A DNA stretch of 64,000 nucleotides from Eledone cirrhosa. Taxonomy: Eukaryota. Numbering within the stretch: position 1 is the stretch's first letter; every line of letters starts with the position of its first letter. The stretch is from positions 179,366,001 through 179,430,000 of the forward strand of contig OZ024740.1 in NCBI GenBank assembly GCA_964016885.1. Direction: 5' to 3'. The notes under the pieces were generated by a model. The model had not been told where the DNA came from. It was given only the letters and a program-made list of their open reading frames with translations, and did not search any database. This document shows positions 44,082 through 59,732 of this stretch, one piece after another. The position numbers were made by a program, and so were the translations under genes.

Positions 44082-44599
44082 ACAATACTTTCGGAACAAA
44101 TTTTCTCACTGGGGTGTTAGCTTCAAAAAACATCTTCCTCACTTGTCATACTATTGGCTGTTGTTTTTCTACGTCATCATAAATTCTGGTCAATATTTGC
44201 TGCCAAACTGGCCATCAGCTACTCTCCGTCCGACACACTTCAATGGACTCATGCTGGGTTTGGTATTTCATAAGTTCGCTCACACACACATATATATATA
44301 TATCCACACATAGACACCTACATATATACCCACACATACATACCCACATATATACACACACGCGCACACGTTCATATATACGCATCCACATATGTACACA
44401 GACATATATACGAATCTCTATGTGACGTTATATGCATATTTTAATGTATTTTAATATATGGTAAATTTATTTTATTGTTTTTATGTGTGTATATGCATAG
44501 ACGTGTGCGTATGTATATGTACATGTCTGTGTGTGTATGTAGATATATATATATATATATGTCTGTGTGTGTATGTACATATATATGTGTATGTATATA

Positions 44600-44656
44600 T
44601 ATACATGTAAGTATGTATGTATACGTACATACATATATGTATACAGACGTACAGTA

Positions 44657-44695
<39 letters not shown>

Positions 44696-45114
44696 CATGC
44701 ACACATATATATATATATATATGTACGTATGGGTTTAACGAACATTTATTATAATGTTCGGTTTGTTTGTAAACAAACAGCCCGAATTACGCCGTACAGT
44801 GTTCAGGCAACTATCGTCGCCTTTTTGTTCAACACTGACACAGGAACGATTTCAAGCTAATTAGCTATCGTCAGCATCGTATACCTTCCTGCCAGATGAT
44901 TGAACGTCTGAAAGTATATACTTTCCTTATGCATATTAATGGCTGAGCAGCCTAATTTGCATATCGAGTGAGTTAGTCGGCCGGGCGCACCGAAAACGAA
45001 AAATAGAAAAGATTGAAACGAAATTTCATTTCTCACTCTTAGTATGGCTGATACTTAAATGTAAGTATGTATGTATACGTACATACATATATGTATACAG
45101 ACGTACAGTAGTAC

Positions 45115-45169
<55 letters not shown>

Positions 45170-45275
45170 CATGCACACATATATATATGTACGTATGGGT
45201 TAACCGAACATTTATTATAATGTTCGGTTTGTTTGTAAACAAACAACCCGAATTACGCCATACAATGTTCAGGCA
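44600..45275. repeat. Partial tandem repeat with ~470-bp period among TA/CA tracts
   Basis: 44605-44810 is repeated at 45060-45275. Confidence 0.8.
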
Positions 45276-45482
45276 TTTTATATATATATATAAACTTTAA
45301 AGGGTATATACATATAAACTAGACAAGGCCATATAAATATATATATATATCTATATATTTTGTTGGCAACAATTCACAGTGTGGTTCAATGACGAATTAA
45401 TTAAATAATTATTAATCAGAGCAATATATGAATTCGTTTCTGGCGGGGATCATGTAAGAAAAATCTTTGTCCAATTAAGTTT

Positions 45483-45566
45483 ATCTCCTGATGATTTCCA
45501 GCCTTCCTTGATTTATCAAAGATCTGATATATCCAAAAACGGAATGAAACTGCCTGTAGTAGAGAT
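45483..45566 (+). ncRNA. Type I hammerhead ribozyme, intact core
   Basis: atctc-CTGATGA-t-ttcc...ggaa-t-GAAA-ctgc-ct-gta-GTA-gagat. Confidence 0.82.
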
Positions 45567-45858
45567 GTTTTGATGAGTCTGGCATGTTTATGGTCATTTT
45601 TTCTTCTAACTTTAATTTTTGCAACTAATCATGTATGGTTAACTATTTGTCTAGTCAATTTCTACAGGCTATCAGAGATAATGGGTAAATTTTCTATAGC
45701 TGTGAATCGCGGATAAAGAGCTGTATCATCTATCTACTATTTCTTCATAGGTATATATTAAACCTATAGCCTCGTTTAAATGATTTTTTGTGTGGTTAAT
45801 TTATGCTGATTGGGAGAAGAAATACTGTATATATTTTATCTGATGATTCTATGGACAT

Positions 45859-45944
<86 letters not shown>

Positions 45945-46415
45945 CGTATATGTGTGTATGTGTGTGTGTGTGTATGTGTATATATGTATGTGTATATGTG
46001 TATATATCTGTGTATATATATATATATATACATTTATTTATTTTTCTATTTACTTATTTATTTATTTATATGTGTGTATGTATGCATGCATGTATGTGTA
46101 TGCATGTGTGCATATGGTTACATGGTTTATATTTGTGCATGTATAACAGGATTCATCCTTCCATGGATGACGATGTATGACCTTTTGTGCATGTATCTGA
46201 CTGCGAGTATATAAAATTGGGGTTCGGACAGAGATATATACATGTGTGCGTGTATGTGTCTTTGTGGATGTATGTGGACACGGAGGTAATTGAGCGCGTA
46301 TTTGTTGAAATGTATATGAGCCAGTGCGTGTGTTTGTGTGTTTGTGTGGATGGGGGCTGTCTGTGTATGTGTGAGTACGTGCACCTTCATAGGGTAGGGA
46401 TGGGTTATATACATG

Positions 46416-46508
<93 letters not shown>

Positions 46509-46715
46509 GTATATGTGTGTATGTGTGTATGTGTCTTTGGTAGCGTGTCTGTCTTTGCGGCTCTCTATAAGGACAGGCGTGCATATGTGCGTGTGTCTGT
46601 CTATGTATATGTCTGTACGTGTTTGTGTATATCAGCAAATGTACGCGTCGCAGTTATGTGTCCCTGTATGCGTGTACGTGTGTGTGTGCGCGCGTGTGCG
46701 TGCGTGTGAGAGTAG

Positions 46716-48414
<1,699 letters not shown>

Positions 48415-49205
48415 TATATATATAAAACTGAGGTTGTCTGTCTGTCTGTCTACTGAAACCTTCGGCACACATCTCTTCTTAAACCCTACGTTTAAATTTC
48501 GATGAAATTGCTACTCTTATAGATTAAGGTTCGGCGGAGTCATCGGACAAACAATTTTTCAAATCGACCCACGCCAAGTGTAAAAATCGAATTTGTAATG
48601 TATTGATTTTTCAGTTAAAATGTATAAATAGAGATGAGAGAGGAGTTATTTCCCTTTTATGGCGTCATTCTGTCTAATCTATTTAGGTTACGAACAAACT
48701 ACACGTACAAAAATACGCGAATAGTTTTCGGGCCAGCAAAATTTTAACCTGCAAAATTCATGAGTTCAAAGTTTCAACATTAAGCTTCCATTTTGCTTCA
48801 TTTCCATTAAAAAGTATTTTAAAACACTATTTCAGCGTACCAGCCTCGCCATCACCCGAGGCAACGCTGCGAGTGTGCTGGCTGCCTCAAAAATCCTTAG
48901 AGAGGTTGCCCAGTATTCGCGACTTGCTGTGTTTTGCTCTGGTGTTGGCTCCGTTGTTCACCCCTTATTTTACATTTTCTTTAATATTGTAGCATTGAAG
49001 GAATATATCTTTCATTGTATCATCCTTTCTAGTGTTACCGATGCATTTGTAATGTTATTTATGTATATATTTAAAACATATTTGTTATGTTATTCTACTG
49101 TAAATTTATTTATATGCTCTGTTTATATTTTCATTCTCAAAAATCTATGAAACTGCATATATGTTGCAACTCTCTCTAAGAGAGAGGGAGAGAGGGGGTA
49201 TGAGT

Positions 49206-49256
<51 letters not shown>

Positions 49257-50092
49257 GATATGAAAAAAAAGGGAGAGGGTTGAGAAAGGAAGAAAGTTTA
49301 AGCAAAGAATCGCTGCTGTCAACATTAACGGGATCTTCTTAAACTAAAAAAATCAATCTGTGAACGCAGAATTAAATATTTCGAGAAACGTTGCAACCGA
49401 AGAAAAACAGGAAGACGATATTTTGGTTCGTGAAGACGTTCCCTGGCAATGAACGAAAAAAAAGCGAGGATAATACGTCTTTATATGGACTGAGAAGAAC
49501 AAATTCATGCAAAGACGAGACCAAGTTTATGGTTTAAATGGAGTCGTTAGACTAATATTCTATTTAAAATAACCGAATGATTTCCAGCCCCGGAGTTTAA
49601 GAATGATGTAAATAAAATTGTAAAAGAAAATGACAGAAGTTATTAAAATAGTTGTTTCTACTTTTGGCACAGGGCCAGCAATTACCCAGTACATTACTGG
49701 TACTTTATTTTATCAACCCCGTAAGGATGAATGGCAAAGTTAACCTCCACGGGATTTTAACTTTGCCTTAACATTGTAAAAGTAAATAGTGAAGATTTAG
49801 GCCAGTACATACGTACGTGCCGAGAGCATACACATACATATACATACGCACACAGAAATACATACAAACACACAAACACACACACACGTGTGTGTGTAAA
49901 CCTTATGCATTTCTACAGTATTTTCACCAAACTTAAGACATAGGTTACTTATGTACTCCGGATGGTCTTGGACACTTTCATTTTTCCAGTATTTTGTAAA
50001 AGTATAGTTTTCGAAGCAGCACTGAAGTATTGACATAAATGGTATACATAACTGGTATTTAATACCCGACCAACGCCGGGTACCTCTGCTAG
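48415..50092 (+). mobile_element. Non-autonomous Helitron-like element, copy 2, head-to-tail with copy 1
   Basis: Same head; hairpin tacccg-accaacgc-cgggta at 50063-50082; CTAG end. Confidence 0.78.
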
Positions 50093-50271
50093 TATATATA
50101 TATAGGTAGAGTCTAACTGTCTTTGTGTTCAGTTAAATATATCGGTGCGTGTTCGCATCATTTTCATGTTACAATGTAAATTCGCCCTTTTCATATATTT
50201 GTTAACATTGATAGATACATTACGAAGGTATTTCTCTCTCTTTCTCTCTCTCTCTCGGTCTCTGTCTCTCT

Positions 50272-50346
<75 letters not shown>

Positions 50347-50878
50347 GCACACAAACACTCTCACACACACACACAAATACTCTCACACACGCACACAAAC
50401 AATCTCACACAAACACTGGTAAACTCATATGTGTCTGTGTATGTATCAATGCTTTTGCTTACTTGCGTGCAATTGTACATGTATGTATCTGCATACTGGA
50501 CGTGCATTGATATATAAAAGAAGGTTGTAATAGAATTGTGTCAAATTACAATAAGCATTAGAAAAAATATAATCAAATGATAGCACCTCGACATCTAATG
50601 CCTTCCTTGCCATCATATGCACAGTAATATATACAATAGAAATTTGTTTTCAGTTACTAATCAGCTACAATCACTGTTTGAAAATGATGGTTTAATTTAA
50701 CATGACATAAAAAATTATTACAAAAATGTAGGTCTTAAAAAAAGCCGCATTTCGCCTTTATATAATGTACTGAGCAGAAGAGGCGGTGTAAATTTTATTG
50801 TAATTCCTGCTATATCAAGCGTGAAGCTAATATATCCCTTCCATAAACTGTACCGATTGTGTTGTTATTTCTGTTTAC

Positions 50879-50936
<58 letters not shown>

Positions 50937-50993
50937 TATATATATAGTTAAATAAGATAACGATTGTTTACTCCTTCATTACGCTTATTGGTT

Positions 50994-51080
50994 GGTGTTG
51001 CGCGTTTCACGACTGACCAGCTCAAGGTTCGATCTGTATTGATCTGACCCGACTCTGTAATCCCCGGCTCGTCAGACCCC
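50994..51080 (-). ncRNA. Degenerate hammerhead in a 143-bp TA-flanked segment
   Basis: Minus strand: ggggt-CTGACGA-[60 nt, partly paired]-GAAA-cgcg-CA-acacc; the U of the NUH triplet is replaced by C. Confidence 0.62.
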
Positions 51081-51131
51081 TTCTAATGCTATATATATAT
51101 ATATATATATGTGTGTGGATGTGTGTGTGTG

Positions 51132-51179
<48 letters not shown>

Positions 51180-51199
51180 TATGTATATACATACATATA

Positions 51200-51269
<70 letters not shown>

Positions 51270-51302
51270 CATATATGTATGTATATACATATGTGCATAT
51301 AT

Positions 51303-52217
51303 ATGTCCTATGTATTGCTCTTGACAAACTGAGCAGGTCAAAACATAGATCAGGTTTTCAGATTGCACATGTACAGTTGTATCTGAAACCTAATCTATGT
51401 TTTGACCTGCTCAGGTTGTCAAGGGCACTATATAGGACAAACAAAATCAGCCTCCGACAACGTTTGACCGTCCATGGATCCCAAATCAAAGTACAGGAAT
51501 ACAGAAAGATTGCTCTTAATGAACATATCGTCAATTGTACACCTAAACAACATCCCAACTTTAAAATTTTCGCCATTTACAAATTCAGAGACCACGCTTC
51601 TTTCATCCATCATACCAATAAGGAATCGTACTTCGTTAACAAATTCCACACTCTACTTAATGGAGTAAACTTCGGACTAAAGTAAAACTGGACCGAACAA
51701 TGAACCAAAACCAAATTCCTATTTTCTCTAAAGAGTTAGCTCCCCTACATCCTACCTAATCCGTTTTCTTATATAAATGAATTACCCCTCTCATTTCTCT
51801 CTCCCCTACCTGACCACCCTGAATTACCTCCCCTGCATATTAACTCTCTAAAAAGGGAAATCATATCCAACCCAGACTACCATTTCTCTCCATCATGGAC
51901 CAACCAAGCGCTCTTGCCATAATAACACATTTTGAACTGCTTATCCTCAAGAACTATGACTGTACATAATATTATTCTTTCTTTCCAATTACCTTATCAT
52001 GTTCCACATCACCACCTTTTTTTCGTTTTTCTTTTTACTTCAAAAACCTAGTTTGTAAATAATATTTTTCTTTCTTCTCCATTTCCTTAACATGTTCAAC
52101 ATCACCTCATTTTCTCTCCAACATTTTTCACCAATACAAATTCCCCCCTTTGATAATGCATAAAATGCTGAAACCGGTAATAGACAATTATTAAATATAT
52201 AAGTAAATAAATAAATG
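51303..52217 (+). mobile_element. Penelope-like (Neptune-like) 3' fragment: GIY-YIG endonuclease with a 5' inversion
   Basis: [29 protein letters not shown]; 51305-51362 is inverted relative to 51381-51438; decayed HHR TTGATAA-tgcataaaatgct-GAAACCGGTA near 52150-52180. Confidence 0.85.
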
Positions 52218-52219
52218 CC

Positions 52220-52372
52220 ATTTTGACGCATAGAGTTACGGCCCTTGCCATTCTGAGTTCAAATCCCGCCGAGGTTAACTTTGCCTTTCATCCTAACCGG
52301 GGTCGATAAAATAAAGAACCAGTAATACACTGGGATAATTGCTGGCCTTGTGCCTATTGTAGAAACAATTAT
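52220..52372 (+). mobile_element. Meta-like SINE copy
   Basis: Core and tail match the other copies. Confidence 0.85.
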
Positions 52373-52522
52373 TAATTAATAAATAAATTAACTAATACCT
52401 TAACACTTCACACAAAGTAAAATATTTTGTTTTAAACATTTTCTAACCCAGAAAAAAGAGGAACACATGAAAGGAAAAAAAACTATTTTTCTTCCTACTA
52501 ATCATCTTTTCTCCCTATTTTC

Positions 52523-52559
<37 letters not shown>

Positions 52560-53695
52560 AGGGATAACAAAATATCGTTATAGGTATCCATTTAGAGGTT
52601 GTAAATATTTCTTATTATGGATAGTTTTAGCGTACGGCGTTGTTTGACTCAACAAAAGGTTTACGTAGGTGGCGAGTTTATGATTTCACTTTTATTCCTA
52701 TGTAAGTTTATCCTGGAGTAATAAAATTGAAAAAGTGAAGAATAACATGGTCAACAGTACAAAAAAAGGGATTTATTTACAGTCTAACAATTGTTTCACT
52801 GATTAAGTTGTCTAAACATTGCTGAACACTAGAAGCAGTGCCACTCAATTTCAAATACGATGTTAGCTTAATCAGATCATCAGAGAGAACTACAAATTTT
52901 CCGGTAAATTTACAAATTCAAATTACAGCATCATTAATAATATTAATAATAAAGATAAAAGAAAGAAAGAAAAAGGAAAAAGAAAAAGAAACAGAAAAAG
53001 TAGAAAGGAAAACAGAGAAAGATATAGAGAGAAAAAAAGACACAGAGAAAGGAGGATAGAAAGAGGAGAGAAAAGGATAAAGGAGAAATAACGGTAGAGA
53101 AAAATAGAAATAGAGGGAAAATAATGATATCAACAATAAATGAATAAATGTTAATACATAATGAATAAATGTTAATACATAAATGTTAATACATAAATGT
53201 AAATAATTATATAAACAAGTTACATCGAGGATGATACAAAATAATACAAAATATGAAAATAAATAAGTAAACATGTGCGAAGAAATGTAAACATATTAAG
53301 ATTATTGAGAGTGGTTATTGAGAGTGGTTAAAATATAGAGAGATACGAAGGTTTAAACAAAATAATGTTAAATATATTTATGTGTGTATTGGTTATTTTA
53401 ATAAATTAATTATATAATTAATTAATTATTTGATTTATTAGTTGTAAGTCATATTAGAAGTGAAAATGATATGATAAGATAAAATAAGATAAAATGCCAG
53501 AGATGAAATAAATTTAGGGAGAAAAAAAAAGATATAAAGTGAAAGATAGAGATATATAAAATATGAATGTAAAATATAAGAGGTTATGATATTGGTTGAT
53601 TGATATATGATGACAATTATAATAATAATGATGATAATGGGATATTATAATAGATCTAAGTGGTACAATTTGGGTTATGGAATAGAATAGATGAA

Positions 53696-56085
53696 TTAAG
53701 CTGGTCTAAAGTTCTCAAATTTGGTCGCCATTTTATGCCTACAGAAAATAGTTCTTTCAATTTTACTGTTAAGTAGCATTTTGTTGTAATTTAAAATTTG
53801 GAAAAGCTCCATATTACAAAGACCACAGTGGGACACGCCAATTCTATAGGCTATTGCTGTTGATAGTTTCGTCCAGCTGATTTTATATTCCATGTTAGCA
53901 TGACTGAGTTGCCTGATTTTATTGGCGAGTGTTGTTGTATTCATGAGCTTCCTGTTATTCATAGAGTGTCTATGGATATACCACCTTTTCTTAAACTCCC
54001 CCGCTGTGGAACCTATGTAGTGCCATGCTAGGCTGCCTGAATTTATAGTACATAGGTATACTATATTTGACTCCAGGCATCTATTTTGTAATGGGCATTT
54101 ATCAAGTAGATGACAGTTACATTTAGATGCCTTCCTATGTGCCGGTTCTTCGATATGGTTTTGTAAGTTGTTATGCACGGGCTGTGAATTGGGTTTGTTG
54201 ATGTATTGTGGTGATGTGTTCTGAGGTGTGTTTGGTTGTGATGATGTTACATGCTTGCGTTTTGTATTTGGTGTTATGGTACTTATTTGCGGGCTACTTG
54301 TATTATAAATTCTCTTATAGTTAATTTTATGTATGTGCGGTTCTATGTTGTTGGCAGTGGAGTATGATAGTTTGATAGCTTTTCTTTTAAAGATTTTATG
54401 ATATTTATGAATTTTAGGGACGTGTTTGTCAACTAATTTGAAGAAAGTGTAAGGTGGTTTTGATTTTATAGAGGAGTTAAATACTGGATTGAACCATAAG
54501 TACTTTCTATCTCTGCATCTTCTATAGTTACCAGTGGTCTTTATGTTAGTATTCTGTTCAATTAATTCTCGTGCTGGTTGCCAATTTCAATGTTTAGTCC
54601 TAGATTTTCTGCTTCTATAGGTGTGGATAGTGTTATTTCTATTAAGTGTGTTGTTATTTTTTGTATCTGGTATGTATTTGAGTCTCTCTTTATGGCCTGC
54701 CTTAAGTAACGCTATGTTGTAGTAGTTAGCGTGTTCGTTAAACATCTCTAGATTAGAATATAGGCGCGAGATTCTAAGGGATACACTATGTGCTATGGAG
54801 TTAATTATGGATCGAGGGTGATTACAGTTATAATTAATGTAAGCTAAATTTTCATTATTTTTATGGAAGGGTTCTATTAGTCTAGTGTCTAAGAAGTTAG
54901 CTTTTTTAGGGTTGAGTTCAAAAGTGATGTTAAGGCCTAATTTATTAAAGAATTTTCTAATCTTTTCCGTAATCTTTCTAAGTTTTGATTATTTAGGTTT
55001 TTAGCTAAAAGCTATGTATCGTCTCTATAAATTCCTCCTTGTAGGTTATCAAATTCCTTATGTAAGATGTGTGCTATATAAATTCCGACAACGTCTGTAA
55101 CTTGGGCTGAATCATTTGATCCCATAGTTATATCGATGTTATTTTGTCTATTTTTTCTTTCCCAGTAACTATTGTCGAATCTAATGATTGTTCTAGCAGC
55201 TAGTATTATTTTAATTTCCTCTGGTGACAGGTCAGAGTTTATTTTGTGCACAGGATAGTGCCTTATTTAGGGTTACTGGGGAAATAGAAGAGTAGTAGTC
55301 ATTAATGTTAAATTGTATGAAGTCGGAAGATTCTCTGTTGTCTAATTTATTAAACCAATCTATTGCTTGATTAGTGTTACCCCAGAGCTTGATCATTAGT
55401 TTTTCTTTAATTTGTGGTATTATTCTATCTAGTATAAACTTGCTAATTTTGCCTATATCAGATTTTGATGGACATATTAATCTAATAGTAGGGTAAGTTT
55501 CGAAGTTACGTTTATGATCCTCCAGATTAAAAGTTGGTTTACAAGTGGTTAGAGGTTCGGTTCTATCAGATATTTTAATTTGTTTTACTATGTTAAGTCC
55601 TTCCTTGTTAATGTTATTGAGTGTAGACACTGTAGTTTTCTTGTATTTTTTATGTAATTCCCGGCGTATTAAAGTTGTTGTATGCATTAAGGCTCATGGT
55701 GTATACGTTTGATGTTTTGTATGCCTTTACTATAATACCTTTGGTGTTACGCAATTTTTTTAGCAGTGCATTAATGTTATTTTGTAGCTTGTTATGATGC
55801 GTTCGTTCTTTGAATTTAATTTCCTTTATCATGTTCATGAGGTAAAGTTCAAAGGCATCAATTTGTGGGTTGTTCGGTGGATTTTTACAGGATCTAAACC
55901 CCTATTTTTCACTGGTAGACCCATCATTTCTATCATTATTATTATGTCCTTTATGGTAATGATATGCTTTCCATCTGAATCTACGGATAAAGTCATTAGT
56001 TCTTTGTATCATACCGAGCGTGTATTCTTTATTTGTAGGTATAGGTATGTTTTTCTAAGGACATTCCTATGTAGTGTCTTTCCAT
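53696..56085 (-). pseudogene. PLE RT plus GIY-YIG endonuclease ORF, disrupted
   Basis: KNIPIP..FIRRFRWKA, KAYKTSNVY, EDHKRNF..RLICPSKSDIGKISK, DITMGSNDSAQ, GIYRDD, WFNP, CNC..CP..C..IVY..YIGST..FKKRW. Confidence 0.93.
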
Positions 56086-56349
56086 GTTAGTGCTGTGCGT
56101 TAAATATTTGCTCAACCTAATGGGAGCTTGGTACCGGGGATAACAAAATATCGTTATAGGTAATCGAGTTAGAGGTTGTGAATACTTTTATTATGGATAG
56201 TTTTAGAATACGGCGTTGTTGGACTCAATACGAGGTTTACGTAGGTGGCGAGTTTATGATTTCACTTGTATTCCTATCTAAGTTTATCTTGGAGTAATAA
56301 AATTGAAAAATAAATTTGAATTTGTAAATTTACCGGATATTTTATAGTT

Positions 56350-56455
56350 GTCTCTGATGATCTGATTAAGCTAACATCGTATTTGAAATTGTGTTTCACT
56401 GCTTCTAGTGTTCAGCAATTTTTTGACAACTTAATCAGTGAAACAATTGTTAGAC
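56350..56455 (+). ncRNA. Hammerhead in the inverted pLTR with 79-nt stem II domain (sense twin at 52782-52887, minus strand)
   Basis: gtct-CTGATGA-t-ctgattaag...cttaatcag-t-GAAAC-aatt-GTT-agac, then AATAAA. Confidence 0.78.
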
Positions 56456-56525
56456 TGTAAATAAATCCCTTTTTTGTACTGTTGTCCATGTTATTCTTCA
56501 TTTTTTCAATTATATTTATATATAT

Positions 56526-56559
<34 letters not shown>

Positions 56560-56673
56560 TTATGTATATGCATGTATATATATATGTTTGTGTTATGTAT
56601 CTATATATGTATATATGTATGTGTGCGCATGTGTATATATAAGTGTGTCTGTATATGTGTACGGATGTGTCTG

Positions 56674-56719
<46 letters not shown>

Positions 56720-56794
56720 AACAGACACATCCGTACACATATACAGACACACATATATATATATATATATATATAAATATATATATAAATATAA

Positions 56795-56954
<160 letters not shown>

Positions 56955-57039
56955 TTACATGTATATATATATATATATAGGTATATATAGGTATGTATAT
57001 TTGGGGATATCGGTGGTATATGAACATAAATCTACCAGT

Positions 57040-57135
57040 AAAGGGCAGGACAACGACCTCGCACTCCTGAAGGTACACGACAGCCTGACTGGAGGACAAG
57101 CAGCCGCCACCTTGAGGATAGACTGATGATGATGA
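57040..57135 (+). mobile_element. RTE-like extreme 3' remnant
   Basis: gactggagga (DWR-like) followed by a (TGA)n tail, as at 5370. Confidence 0.45.
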
Positions 57136-57247
57136 TGGGATAATTGAACCAATGAACGGGCGTAGAATAACATAATGCTATATGCTATAGATAGCTAATA
57201 GGTGAAGATTTGAACACACAGAATCGGAGACGAATTCATGTATTAAG

Positions 57248-57330
57248 TATATCTGATGACCTGTCGAGTTAGGTTCGATCTATAATAGGTCTTGCCTCGA
57301 GCTGATCGATAGAGAAAAATATGTAATATG
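57248..57330 (+). ncRNA. Hammerhead motif with 54-nt stem II; stem III carries one mismatch
   Basis: tatat-CTGATGA-c-ctgtcga...tcgatag-a-GAAA-aatat-GTA-atatg, about 50 nt upstream of a TA tract. Confidence 0.7.
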
Positions 57331-58014
57331 TTATTAGATATGTTATGATGCAACACTCACTTGTTCCTTTTCCTTATAGTATATATATATATAATGACAG
57401 CATACTTGTGCGGCAAGTACGTAAGTATGTAAATAGTAATGTATATAGTAAGAGTGAGTGAATGAGGGAGAGAGAGAGACAGAGTGTGTTTTTTTTTATG
57501 TTTCATCTTTCCCCTCTCCTGTTTAAAATGAGTCGGTTTGGTTTATTATAATGAACATCATTCATTCGTACTGTATGATACCCTTAGTCCCTTACCATAT
57601 TTTTATTACTCATCTTCTTTCCTCATTTTTGGATACTTTACTATCCATTTATCTGCCATTTTTGTTATACAAGTTGCTGTCATAGAAAAATTACCATGAA
57701 GTTTCAGTGTTTGATCTACATATGAGCGTAGTACAAATTGGTACATATATTTATGGAACATTATTTGCTATACCTTTAGGTAAAGATGCCTTACCGCATT
57801 GAAGAAAAATCGTATTGAACGCTATATAACCAGAGAAATACATAAATGCCTCTATTGCTTTTTAACAACGTAATATAGGATATATAGATCTTCTGGATTT
57901 TATTTCTTCCGTGTATATGAACAAGAAAATGCTCATTTTATATTCATTGTACTGTATTCTTTGCTATGTACTTTCCATTTACTTTCTGTACACACACATA
58001 TTCGTGTATATATA

Positions 58015-58372
58015 CAGTTTCCCCCCGTTATTCGTGGAGATTACGTTCCTAAAACACTCGTTCCTAGAACACTCGAAGGGTGAAAAACCGCAAATAATTG
58101 ACGGAGTCCATAAAAAATGCCTATAAAAGTCAAAACATAACGTAAAATAAAGGCCGGCAAACATGGTATATTGGTATTAATCATTTCGCGTTTAAAAGCG
58201 TCAAAAAATATATATTCCCACGAAAACAGCCTTTAAAAATATCGCGGAAGATATTTACGATTCCGCGAATAAGCGGTGGTTTCTACGAACAATTATTAGT
58301 TAGGTTCTAAGGAAAATTCCGCGAATAACCGGGACCGTGAATGCCATGACCACGAGTACGTGGGATACACTG
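58015..58372. mobile_element. Tc1/mariner (Tigger/pogo-like) MITE
   Basis: Imperfect TIRs cagtttccccccgttattcgtgg and ccacgagtacgtgggatacactg; TA context; internal ccgcgaata repeats. Confidence 0.75.
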
Positions 58373-58382
58373 TGTATATGTA

Positions 58383-58444
<62 letters not shown>

Positions 58445-59410
58445 TTTCGTAGGATTATGGTTCGGAATGAATTAATTTACTAAAAGTAATGCATTTCAGA
58501 AATGTTTTTGTCTCTTTATACTGGAAATATATTATACACATATTTTCATAAATATGGATGAAGCGTGATGTCATTTTAGAATCTAAGCTGTCTAAATAAA
58601 TTCTGGCTCACACTATATAACGATGTCTTTCATACTTTATATTATTTAACATATTACACCACAACGACTGTTATATTTGGGAAAATTAACAAAGTTTGTG
58701 AGACTGCAAAGTTTTGATTAAATACAACCACAGACACTAAAATACATGTTAGACCTGGGGAAATCTATTATATCTTTGATACGCTATAACATGACATCGT
58801 ATAATACCCATGGTATTGTTTGATACTTTACACCTAAACATAGAGACGAGTAGAGTAAAATAAGAAAACAGTAAATAAGCATAAAATAACAAAATTAAAA
58901 GCATGAAAAGTAGGTTTTGGATTAACATCAACTAATAATGATATACCGCCATTGACAATTACGTTGCAAGTCATCCAACTATTTCGTTCATTTATTATCC
59001 CATAAATCTTAGATGACTATGATCGCTTGCATTTTACTGTAGTTGCATGTTTAAAGTTGCAATTTTAAAGCCTAACTTACAGAACTTATATAATTATTTA
59101 CTCAACACAAAATTGACGACTGGTGACATTTTCTACTGATTTATAGAGATTCTCTGAATAAACAAATGGCTTTTATAGTTTACGATCCATAAAGCAAAGA
59201 CTTTATTATTAAGTTACAATACTTCAAAGGGTACATTTGTATATATTACATCAAAACAATAACGAAAAATAAAATATATATTTTCTATCAAGTCGATCTG
59301 CAAAGCGCTATACATATTTCGATCATATATATATATATGTGTATGTATGTAAAAGTTAAACAGAAATAACAAAAATAACAGAAGAGCACAGTATATGAAA
59401 GAAATATATA

Positions 59411-59732
59411 CATCCCAATTTTGTTTTCAAACATAATCTATAAATCTCTACGATATGAAATGCGTCCTGTTTCTTAGACGCTAGAATAGGATTTTAAAGA
59501 GTTTTGGCTGGTATTTCTAGGTAGTTGATTTTCCACAGTATATATATATATATATACGCGTGGTTCGAATACATTTGTAATCACAGGAAGGGGAGAGTGG
59601 TTCTTTGTGGAAAATCAACTACCTAGAAACACCAGCCAAAACTCTTTAAAATTCTATTCTAGCGTCTAAGAAACAGGACGCAATTCATATCGTAGAGATT
59701 TATAGATTATGTTTGAAAACAAAATTGGGATG
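59411..59732. repeat. ~127-bp inverted repeat with (TA)n in the spacer
   Basis: 59411-59537 pairs with 59606-59732 with few mismatches. Confidence 0.9.

Larger units (their letters stand above)
52561..56511 (-). mobile_element. Near full-length Penelope-like retroelement (Naiad-like) in (TA)n
   Basis: 3' pLTR and tail at 52561-52924; direct copy of the tail at 56137-56310; inverted pLTR at 56311-56511; RT and GIY-YIG ORF between them. Confidence 0.93.

Noticed and set aside
56354-56443. SECIS-like AUGAN...NGAN overlap with the hammerhead; some Naiad elements are reported to be selenoproteins
   Set aside because: The apical region is too long for a SECIS, and the conserved endonuclease cysteines in this copy use ordinary Cys codons.
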